From IMG/VR virus record IMGVR_UViG_3300033153_007345, positions 1-54,173 of that record: 54,173 bases of DNA, one strand, 5' to 3'. Shown piece by piece: positions 1 through 6,936 of the stretch (position 1 is the stretch's first letter; the number at the start of each line of letters is the position of its first letter). Made by a program: the position numbers and the translations under genes. The notes under the pieces were generated by a model, which had not been told where the DNA came from, did not search any database, and saw only the letters and a program-made list of their open reading frames with translations. The stretch is from a virus. Taxonomy: Duplodnaviria > Caudoviricetes.

Positions 1-114
1 CCACCATGGAAAATGTGTACCCACACAAGAGGCTCCCTCTATCCTGCGGCGTTGACCACTCCTGGAAGAGTTGGGGAGACAAGGTTCCAGGTCTTCCGTC
101 CTAGGAAATACCGC
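1..114. repeat. Terminal direct repeat copy 1 (circular assembly overlap)
   Basis: Identical to 54060-54173; contains the 3' end and stop codon of the polymerase gene. Confidence 0.95.
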
Positions 115-247
115 ACTTTTTTACCTCCACGGAAAAACATTTTATAGTTAATTTTTATAAAATTATTTTAAATTTTTTTATAAGGTCTAAGCACATGAAA
201 ACACTCGGTTTTCAGGGTTTTTACCCTTTTTTGACCTTATTTATGCC

Positions 248-291
248 TTATGTTTTCTTGAAATGTGCCGATAAGAGTATTATAAAAGGGG
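248..291 (+). promoter_or_regulatory. Putative sigma28(FliA)-like promoter, copy 1 of a 24-bp repeat
   Basis: TTATGTTT-N11-GCCGATAA (248-274) versus consensus TAAAGTTT-N11-GCCGATAA; CCGATAAGAGTATTATAAAAGGGG (268-291) recurs at 529-552. Confidence 0.55.
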
Positions 292-331
292 CCAGTGAGG
301 CACCGGGAACCTAACAAAAAAGGGTAACATC

Positions 332-508
332 ATGGAAACTAAGGAAACAACAGAAAAAAAGTTTATAAGTAATGTCTTAAACGCTGGATCTGACACGCAA
401 ATAGACCCGGCAGTAAAGACGTTACTAATATACTTCGGTGGCCTACTAGTTAGTATAGTAGTAGGCAACTTGATTGGTGATGCTATCGCTGATAAGCTTA
501 TCAAATAA
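332..508 (+). CDS. Small single-pass membrane protein (58 aa, below the ORF-track cutoff)
   Basis: ATG 332 after AGGGT; METKETTEKK...TLLIYFGGLLVSIVVGNLIGDAIADKLIK*; one hydrophobic helix; lies just downstream of the repeated promoter motif. Confidence 0.7.
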   Translation: METKETTEKKFISNVLNAGSDTQIDPAVKTLLIYFGGLLVSIVVGNLIGDAIADKLIK

Positions 509-528
509 TCTTTTGGGAAGGACTTGTA

Positions 529-552
529 CCGATAAGAGTATTATAAAAGGGG
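529..552 (+). promoter_or_regulatory. Copy 2 of the 24-bp promoter-like repeat
   Basis: Exact CCGATAAGAGTATTATAAAAGGGG, 40 nt upstream of ATG 593 (copy 1 is also 40 nt upstream of ATG 332); no clear -35 match. Confidence 0.55.
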
Positions 553-592
553 GGGACAACCCAACCTGAAACATTAATCGAAAGGTATTAAG

Positions 593-781
593 ATGAAATT
601 TCTAGAATCAATGAGCGGTTTAATTGTATCAGCAGTAATGGTAACAGCAGCATACAAGATAGCTGGTTATATTGTTGATACAGCAGCTGAAGCACTAACC
701 GAAGCGGAACTAGGGAACAAGTCAAAACGCCTTGCAGAACTGTTTACAGACCAAGCAAACAATAAGCAACAAAGCAAGTAA
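593..781 (+). CDS. Small membrane-associated protein (62 aa)
   Basis: AAAGGT SD; hydrophobic N-terminal segment GLIVSAVMVTAAYKIAGYIV. Confidence 0.7.
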   Translation: MKFLESMSGLIVSAVMVTAAYKIAGYIVDTAAEALTEAELGNKSKRLAELFTDQANNKQQSK

Positions 782-803
782 CTAATCAACTAATCAACTA
801 ATC
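780..803. repeat. Tandem octamer (AACTAATC)x3
   Basis: Three exact copies between two small ORFs. Confidence 0.85.
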
Positions 804-826
804 AATACATACCATAGGAGTATGAC

Positions 827-1060
827 ATGCAAATAGTACGACGAGACGAATTAGGACGGTTCTCAACACCTTGGCAGCTGCCAAGCACCAATACGTTGAC
901 AATGTGGGCGGTCGGTGCCGTGGCCGTGGGTTATGGTGTCAAGTATCTATACGACAAATTTGGAGCCGATAATGGGACGACCGAAGAAGAAAGTCAAACG
1001 ACAGAAGCTGACAGTGACGTTGCCGCCGGGACTGATAAAAGAAGCAAGAAAGAAGCATGA
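827..1060 (+). CDS. Small single-pass membrane protein (77 aa)
   Basis: AGGAG SD; TM-like LTMWAVGAVAVGYGVKYLY followed by an acidic tail. Confidence 0.7.
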   Translation: MQIVRRDELGRFSTPWQLPSTNTLTMWAVGAVAVGYGVKYLYDKFGADNGTTEEESQTTEADSDVAAGTDKRSKKEA

Positions 1061-1127
1061 AGAAATGAGTCGGTATCTTGAATACTTAATTGTTGACGAT
1101 CTGAAAAAGGAGAAGAAAAGTGCTTAA
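972..1127 (+). CDS. Ribbon-helix-helix DNA-binding protein (51 aa)
   Basis: GGAG SD, ATG 972; MGRPKKK...QKLTVTLPPGLIKEARKKHEEMSRYLEYLIVDDLKK fits the RHH strand-helix-helix pattern; overlaps the upstream ORF in another frame. Confidence 0.65.
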   Translation: MGRPKKKVKRQKLTVTLPPGLIKEARKKHEEMSRYLEYLIVDDLKKEKKSA

Positions 1128-1196
1128 GGAAATTGAACGGACGGACGAGAGAAGAGTTTTTGAATGACCTTTTGTATTAAGATTTTGGAGAGGTAC

Positions 1197-1358
1197 ATGA
1201 CAATTGAAAAAATCACAAAAGTATATTTGGACGGCATCGAGTACTACAGAGTTTTTCTGAAAGAATCCAATTACTTCCACGATGTACGAGTACAAATGTA
1301 TGCTGCATGGAAAGAAAATTTAGGACATACTGAATTGGATGAACTAGAAGTATCTTAG
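1197..1358 (+). CDS. Hypothetical protein (53 aa)
   Basis: GGAGAGG SD before ATG 1197; ends just before a terminator. Confidence 0.6.
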   Translation: MTIEKITKVYLDGIEYYRVFLKESNYFHDVRVQMYAAWKENLGHTELDELEVS

Positions 1359-1360
1359 AT

Positions 1361-1392
1361 AAAAACCCCCAAGGTCTCACTTGGGGGTTTTT
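1361..1392. terminator. Rho-independent terminator, bidirectional-looking
   Basis: AAAAACCCCCAAG-GTCTCA-CTTGGGGGTTTTT perfect stem with A and T tracts. Confidence 0.85.
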
Positions 1393-1591
1393 CTAATACC
1401 CTCAAGCCTCAATCCCTCAAAACACCACCTACCAACCACTTCAAGTATACGTCAATAAAGTACTTGCAATTGTGCTTGCAGGTGCGTACGTTGCCAACAG
1501 CCAAGACAATCAAATAAATTTTTTGAACAATCACTTAGTACTTTTCCCGTTGGGGTACGCCAGCGGTTTGTCAACTTTTAGAGGGGGGACT

Positions 1592-1861
1592 ATGTCGATA
1601 ACTCAGAAGCATCTAGACGCTCTTTGTGAGCGATTGAACGAAGCAACAGAGAATCCATTGGCAACGTATACCAAGAGCGAAGAAGGAAAGTTCACTGCCA
1701 ACATTGGTAACTATCATTTGAGTGGTGCTTATGGTGGTTGGGCGCTCTATCAGATTTGCAATGAGGGTGGAGGGGTGCACGACATTTTTTCCGCTGGTCA
1801 CATAACAAAACCTAAGTTGTGGGATTTAATGCACGCCTATTTGAAAGGGATACGATTATGA
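1592..1861 (+). CDS. Hypothetical phage early protein
   Basis: GAGGGGGG SD before ATG 1592; ATGA overlap with the next gene. Confidence 0.7.
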   Translation: MSITQKHLDALCERLNEATENPLATYTKSEEGKFTANIGNYHLSGAYGGWALYQICNEGGGVHDIFSAGHITKPKLWDLMHAYLKGIRL

Positions 1862-2031
1862 AGTGCGCAAAAGTTTATTTAGGTGACAGTGTTTATGTAG
1901 AGGTAGATAGAGGGATATTTAAATTGACAACTGAAAATGGTTATGGCGCTGAAGATACAATCTATTTAGAAGTACCCGTGTACAAATCTTTTGTCGAATA
2001 CGCAAAGTCAGCTATGGAGGAGGAAGAGTAA
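1858..2031 (+). CDS. Hypothetical phage protein
   Basis: ATG 1858 coupled to the upstream stop; KVYLGDSVYVEVD. Confidence 0.65.
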   Translation: MKCAKVYLGDSVYVEVDRGIFKLTTENGYGAEDTIYLEVPVYKSFVEYAKSAMEEEE

Positions 2032-2375
2032 TGAAATTCCAAAAAGAAGAACCCCTGGAGGAAGGCGTCTTTTACATGGTGCAAGTTTTTGCCACGGGGG
2101 TAAAAAAGAAATGCCGTAAAGTTCAACGTCACATGCTCCCCATGGGATACACCAGCTACAAACAGAATCTTTCCGAGTCGGATAGGGAAGGTTTGAAGAA
2201 AGCAGCAAAGCTAACGATTGGTGCCGCCATGAGGAGCATTTACGACGACAACAGAAATTGCTATATATCACTAATCCGCGTCACGCGCACCAAAGTTTTC
2301 TACAAGAATGAACCTGCTTATTTTTCCGAGAGTTGGGAACCTTTCCACGAGCTAAACCAAGGATTCAAAATCTAA
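2031..2375 (+). CDS. Hypothetical protein
   Basis: GGAGG SD, TAATG overlap, 114 aa. Confidence 0.65.
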   Translation: MKFQKEEPLEEGVFYMVQVFATGVKKKCRKVQRHMLPMGYTSYKQNLSESDREGLKKAAKLTIGAAMRSIYDDNRNCYISLIRVTRTKVFYKNEPAYFSESWEPFHELNQGFKI

Positions 2376-2388
2376 AAGGGGGGTGAGT

Positions 2389-2526
2389 ATGTTTGAACTA
2401 GACGACAAAAGCAGAAGAATAGTAAGCCTTTGTACTACGCTAATTTTTGCCGCTCTCCAGCTAAGAAAAGAACTTCGAACACAGAAAGCTAAACCTAGTA
2501 AACCGGGCCTAAGACTGGCAAGATAG
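2389..2526 (+). CDS. Small hypothetical protein (45 aa)
   Basis: GGGGGTGA SD, MFELDDKSRRIVSLCTTLIFAALQLRK...; precedes a terminator. Confidence 0.5.
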   Translation: MFELDDKSRRIVSLCTTLIFAALQLRKELRTQKAKPSKPGLRLAR

Positions 2527-2554
2527 AGTACTCATAGAACCTGCACAATGGTGT

Positions 2555-2586
2555 AGCCTAGTCGCTTTCAGTGACTAGGCTTTTTT
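2555..2586 (+). terminator. Rho-independent terminator
   Basis: AGCCTAGTCGC-TTTCA-GTGACTAGGCT followed by a T tract. Confidence 0.85.
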
Positions 2587-2655
2587 GCGTTGAGTAAAAG
2601 TAGTGCTTAAACTAAAATTAGGGATCAGTAACTTTTTTCCATAGGTATTGGTATA

Positions 2656-2856
2656 ATGATGGGAAGACCCAAGATCCCAAACATACAGAAAAAAGTGAAG
2701 GTCAACGTAGCGTTGGACCCAGACATTTACGAGTTCCTGTTAGGGATCAAAAACCGAAGCAAGTTCGTCAACGAAGCAACCAAAATTCTAGTCGAGGCGT
2801 ACAAGAATGAGGCCAAAAGAGAGCACTCTGAAGAAGAAAGTCCTACTCCAGCTTAA
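2656..2856 (+). CDS. Ribbon-helix-helix DNA-binding protein
   Basis: MGRPK...KVKVNVALDPDIYEFLLGIKNRSKFVNEATK; resembles 972-1127. Confidence 0.65.
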   Translation: MMGRPKIPNIQKKVKVNVALDPDIYEFLLGIKNRSKFVNEATKILVEAYKNEAKREHSEEESPTPA

Positions 2857-3130
2857 AAGCCTGCCTAAGACATGGGCAGTCAAAATCCAACAAGCGTCAA
2901 TCGTGGGTACCCCAGATATCTTAGCTTGTGTGGCTGGGCATTTCATTTCCTTGGAGCTAAAACGGGACGATAAAGCCAAGACCACACCGATCCAGGACTA
3001 CAATCTCAAAAAAATAAAAGAGGCTGGCGGTAAGACCTACGTGGTCACACCAGCTAATTGGGACGAGGTGTTTGCGGAGTTGAAGAGCCTGGTGCAGGCT
3101 CCTCGGCCCTCGCTGCGAGATCCTTCTTGA
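2807..3130 (+). CDS. VRR-NUC / PD-(D/E)XK Holliday-junction resolvase-like nuclease
   Basis: E...GTPDIL...FISLELK...TPIQ...GG motif order. Confidence 0.85.
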   Translation: MRPKESTLKKKVLLQLKSLPKTWAVKIQQASIVGTPDILACVAGHFISLELKRDDKAKTTPIQDYNLKKIKEAGGKTYVVTPANWDEVFAELKSLVQAPRPSLRDPS

Positions 3131-3293
3131 TAGCGTCGTACTTCAGCTTCAGCTCCGAGTTCCTAGTGGCCATCCTGTCCATCTCTTTCACGATACGGGC
3201 AAACTGCTTCTCGGCCTTTTCCTTCTTGGCAGACCGATTGATAATCCAACCAAGCAACATGATTACAATACGTCCAACCATTCCCCAAGCCAT
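3054..3293 (-). CDS. Membrane-anchored coiled-coil protein, possible inner-membrane spanin
   Basis: N-terminal TM (WGMVGRIVIMLLGWII) then a charged helix; last gene of the lysis block. Confidence 0.5.
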   Translation of the reverse strand: MAWGMVGRIVIMLLGWIINRSAKKEKAEKQFARIVKEMDRMATRNSELKLKYDAIKKDLAARAEEPAPGSSTPQTPRPN

Positions 3294-3305
3294 GATGTCC
3301 TCCTG

Positions 3306-4034
3306 TTAGTTTCGTCTGCCGTGCCTGCTGCCACTGCTTTGGTTACTGGGTTTGATGACGTGCAGCAAAATGTCCGTGTACCCAAATACCGTGAGGCGAT
3401 GGTATGTTTTGGCTTCTGGTGCATAGAACACATGCGAGCAGACACCTTCAAGCAATGGTACAAGGAATGTTTTTTCATCTTCTGTCACGACCTCAGGACA
3501 ATTACCTATGTACGAGTCTACCAGTACTTTCTGTTGGAAACTGATCTGTTGCAACAGACCTACCCGAGATTGGCAAAGTGACACCCCTACGTTGTTTTCC
3601 TTGGTGCCATTGCACTTTACAACAGCGGGCAGTGTCTCATTGGTGATCTCGATCATTCCCGAGGCATGTTGCCCTTGAACATCGAAAGCGCCGATGTAGA
3701 TAGGGCAGAACCCATCACCTTCCATATCTGGCTGTAGATCAAACTCGAACGTGTGCTCCTTGCGAGAACGCCAGCCCTCTTTCTCTACAGGGATCTCCCT
3801 GTGGCACGTCATGAGCTTGATCAACTCCATACGGTCATCTAGCTTTAGTTCAATCTTGTAGTGCACAGTCTTGGGGACGACCATGGTACCACGTCTAGGA
3901 TGGCCGTTTACCTTCATATTTAGGGTTTTTTTGTATGTGGGGACATCATCATTAGTAGAGGAAAAATTTTTGGCATCTTGTGCAGTACAAGATGCCAAAA
4001 GAACAGAACTATACAAGATTGTCTTCAGCATCAT
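3306..4034 (-). CDS. Cys-rich lipoprotein in the lysis block
   Basis: Signal peptide with lipobox LLASC; directly follows the endolysin. Confidence 0.7.
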   Translation of the reverse strand: MMLKTILYSSVLLASCTAQDAKNFSSTNDDVPTYKKTLNMKVNGHPRRGTMVVPKTVHYKIELKLDDRMELIKLMTCHREIPVEKEGWRSRKEHTFEFDLQPDMEGDGFCPIYIGAFDVQGQHASGMIEITNETLPAVVKCNGTKENNVGVSLCQSRVGLLQQISFQQKVLVDSYIGNCPEVVTEDEKTFLVPLLEGVCSHVFYAPEAKTYHRLTVFGYTDILLHVIKPSNQSSGSRHGRRN

Positions 4035-4483
4035 AGCACCCTTCTGTACCCGAGTACTCTAGATTTTTTGTACTTATTGATCCCAACTTTGTTGCTCTGA
4101 TTTCCACCGAGGCATATAATGTAGTCACCGTCTTCCCGAACGAAGAACGCAACGTGGCCTTTCCAACTTTTTGGGCTAGACCTCCAAAATACCACAACGT
4201 CTCCTTCCTTCGGTTTTTTTATTTTTCTGCCAATTTCCAACCAAGACCTAGCTGCTGCGCTTCGGGTGGACGGTACCCCTACTCGCTCATGGCACCAACA
4301 GACAAACGCACTACACCAGGCGACTGAGTCTTTGTGGTACTTAGCTTTCAGAGAGGTTTCCTTGTGGTACTCGACAATCCTTGGATTGTCTTTAGCACCA
4401 AGTACCTCTCTGATCCCCACCTCTTTCAAAGCCATATCATAAGGGCTGGCGGGGATCTCTTGTTTGCAGCATTGGCAAATCAT
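4031..4483 (-). CDS. Endolysin, TIGR02594-type NlpC/P60-CHAP-like peptidoglycan hydrolase
   Basis: DNPRIVEYH, WCSAFV, AARSW, GHVAF and LGGNQS motifs. Confidence 0.9.
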   Translation of the reverse strand: MICQCCKQEIPASPYDMALKEVGIREVLGAKDNPRIVEYHKETSLKAKYHKDSVAWCSAFVCWCHERVGVPSTRSAAARSWLEIGRKIKKPKEGDVVVFWRSSPKSWKGHVAFFVREDGDYIICLGGNQSNKVGINKYKKSRVLGYRRVL

Positions 4484-4764
4484 GCCTCTTCTTTCTTCAC
4501 AAACACGTCAGCGATGTCAGAAAGACCAATCATCATAGATTTGTAAAAAGCAACCTTGTTCTCCTCCAGCTCCTCGCCCAAATCTGTCGCTGCCGTAATC
4601 GCTGGCAAAAGATCAGTGATACTGGATGTCATAATCCCAGGTAGATCATCTCCCGCATCCCATCCACCATTGTCTTTCACTTCAGCAACTATCGCTGCTA
4701 CGAACTTGGCCACGCCACTTGCCACTGCATATGCACTATCTGATACTTCTACTTCCACTTTCAT
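4480..4764 (-). CDS. Hypothetical lysis-block protein
   Basis: AAGGAG SD, ATGA coupling to the endolysin. Confidence 0.7.
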   Translation of the reverse strand: MKVEVEVSDSAYAVASGVAKFVAAIVAEVKDNGGWDAGDDLPGIMTSSITDLLPAITAATDLGEELEENKVAFYKSMMIGLSDIADVFVKKEEA

Positions 4765-4812
4765 CTCAAACTCCTTTATAATGAATGGGGTAACAACTAC
4801 GATGAGGTTAGC

Positions 4813-4992
4813 ATGAATAAACTTTACGCTGAAGTAGTTAAGCTCCTTCTCCCAGTTCTCGTAGGTGTCATGGCTTGGTTCACGAATGACATAGCTACTT
4901 CAATCAATGCGATGAAGAACAACCAAGTCAAAATGAACCAGAAACTATTGCTACTTGATGGCGTTCATTCTGCCACGAAACCAGAAAACTGA
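4813..4992 (+). CDS. Holin-like TM plus coiled-coil protein (59 aa), opposite to the surrounding operon
   Basis: GAGGT SD; MNKLYAEVVKLLLPVLVGVMAWFTNDIATSINAMKNNQVKMNQKLLLLDGVHSATKPEN*; not in the ORF track. Confidence 0.6.
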   Translation: MNKLYAEVVKLLLPVLVGVMAWFTNDIATSINAMKNNQVKMNQKLLLLDGVHSATKPEN

Positions 4993-5787
4993 TTCTGTAC
5001 AATGAGATCGCAAGCGAAGATCTTCTCAATCTGGAATTGTGGGGAGTCTTCCGCCTCGACCCACTCGGTATCATGGTCAGATAGGCAAGCGTCTATTGCC
5101 GGTTCAAAATCACCCGTATATCGAGCTAGCACGCCCTGATATAGAGCATTGTGATGGTCTCGCCTTGCTAGCTCCTGGAGGCGCTTAAACGCTTGTCCCA
5201 TTTAAGGCAATTCTCAAGACTAATAAATGGGCATGAAACCCCTCAAGACCGCTTGGATAGCTGCTGGGGAGTAGAATATTCAAATCCGAGTCGCCACCCA
5301 TCTTTTTGATTGCTCTGAATAATGTGCCGATCATATTTGGTGTGTAGTAGACTCGGCCATCTGCGAAGGGCTCTCCCATCTTCCAATTTTTCTTCTTGCC
5401 ATAGTTGCCATGCTCGACCAGGTTGTCTAGGTTCCCAGTGCGGAACATCCAGAACATGAACCCAAGGCCCATATCTCTAGACCAGGTGGTCTTGGATCCT
5501 AGGTCTTCTCCGTTGGCCCAACAAGGAACTGGTCTCCTGCCCCAACGGCCTTTCTCAAGCTTCGCAGCATCGACATTTCCGCCACCAACTACCGCTCGGT
5601 ACTTGCCTTCCCAGAGCATGGCGTCACAGCCATCGACTACCCAGCCGTGGTCATTCTCTTCGAGTTCCGACTTGAGGCGTTCGATCTTGGCTTGCACCAG
5701 CTCCATTTTGTCTGTGGGCTCTGGGTCTTGAGCTTCGACGGTTGAGCATGAGACGAATGCTAGGAATGAGAAGAGTAGTGTTTTCAT
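4965..5787 (-). pseudogene. Lipoprotein gene split into two frames near 5200
   Basis: 5185-5787 has a lipobox (FVSC); 4965-5201 continues in another frame with no SD of its own. Confidence 0.5.
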
Positions 5788-5804
5788 GTTGGTGGTTCCT
5801 TAGT

Positions 5805-6376
5805 TTATCGAACTCGTATTGCGTAAAAGAACACGTCAACCGTAGTTTGTAAGTGTCGGACGAACTTATATTTAGAGAAACCGAGCCCGACACGTGCGGG
5901 TAGATCGTGGTGACATTTGGTTGGTTAATGCCTACAAAGAACGAACCTCCTGCAAGTGCAGTATCCCCACTATCTGTAACTGCGACACGGGCATAAATAT
6001 TGGCCGCCCCCCCAGAACTATTTTCTATGCTAATTGTAGCTCCCCATTTTATCTCCCACTGTCCCGCTGTCAGAGCTATTGATGCTCCATTGACATCGAC
6101 CGGAGTATCTGCAACTGACGTGTTTGTATTAGATGTAATACTAGCCGCAATCCTCTCGCCTATTTCCCCAGCAGCAGCAGCACTTCCATCGGTAACACCT
6201 TTAGCTTCAAGATTACCCGTTGGCCCATCTATGACAATCGGGCATTTCTCAACGCCACCATCGTTAACGCAGAGCTTCAAGTCTTGATCTAGTGCCCTGT
6301 TGGGCAATGTCTTTGAGGTCTGTCCGATAGCTATGCTCGATGAGAAGAGTATGGCTAGTGATATTAGGTATTTCAT
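5805..6376 (-). pseudogene. Signal-peptide-bearing tail-fibre-like protein, frameshifted near 5830
   Basis: Shares the GVTDGSAAAAGEIGE module with 6937-9858; a natural-looking end FFYAIRVR* lies in the -1 frame (5805-5831), while the main frame runs on into the next gene. Confidence 0.6.
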
Positions 6377-6386
6377 GGTGTTCTCC

Positions 6387-6890
6387 TTAGTCTAATGTGT
6401 AGTGTCCCTGAAGGAACATTACTTTCTGTCCCGTAAAAGTAGCGGCCTGTATGAAAGTTACCCTCACGGAATCCGTTGAGGGTGTGATAGCACTAAAAAA
6501 GCCTGGTGTGATTCCTGCGAACTCAACGTGCAGTGTGGCCACAGCTTGAGCTCGGGTAGAGAAGTCAGTTTTTCTAACAATTGGCAATGTGAGATCGAAA
6601 GTACCAGTTGAGGTACTGGTTTTGTCCCCAAGAACACGACCCCAAACAGTTACTCGGTTGCCCTGTCTGAAATAGTGACCTTCAATCCAAGTTACACTTA
6701 TAAAATTAACTGCATTTGAAATAGTAGCTGTCCACTCACCCTCTGATTCTGGTGATACCATAACAAATGATTCTTCGCCTCTAACACTAGCCGTTAGATT
6801 CCCATCCGCATCAGTCCTAAGCGACTGCACATTTCCAGCAAAAGCACTGCCTGCTAGTAGCAAGGATAGTGCTGTGAGTATCTTTTTCAT
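6387..6890 (-). CDS. Tail-fibre-tip-like beta protein with signal peptide
   Basis: MKKILTALSLLLAGSAFA; GEWT...GHYFRQGNRVTVWGRV...LTLP fibre-tip pattern. Confidence 0.65.
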   Translation of the reverse strand: MKKILTALSLLLAGSAFAGNVQSLRTDADGNLTASVRGEESFVMVSPESEGEWTATISNAVNFISVTWIEGHYFRQGNRVTVWGRVLGDKTSTSTGTFDLTLPIVRKTDFSTRAQAVATLHVEFAGITPGFFSAITPSTDSVRVTFIQAATFTGQKVMFLQGHYTLD

Positions 6891-6936
6891 TTGGTTCTCC
6901 TTTGGTTCATTTCTAGGTTAGAGAAGAGTAATAGTT

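Noticed and set aside
1-114. Biological direct terminal repeat
   Set aside because: The repeat starts inside polA and is short; an assembler overlap of a circular or permuted genome is more likely
965-972. Third sigma28 promoter at GCCGATAA
   Set aside because: No -35 element at the right spacing, and it overlaps an SD/start region, so it may be chance
2649-2657. Extended -10 TGGTATAAT as a leaderless promoter for the RHH gene
   Set aside because: It overlaps or abuts the candidate ATGs, too close for transcription to include the start codon
5651-5804. C-terminal extension of the 241-aa ORF
   Set aside because: It overlaps a well-formed lipoprotein gene; better explained as read-through after a frameshift
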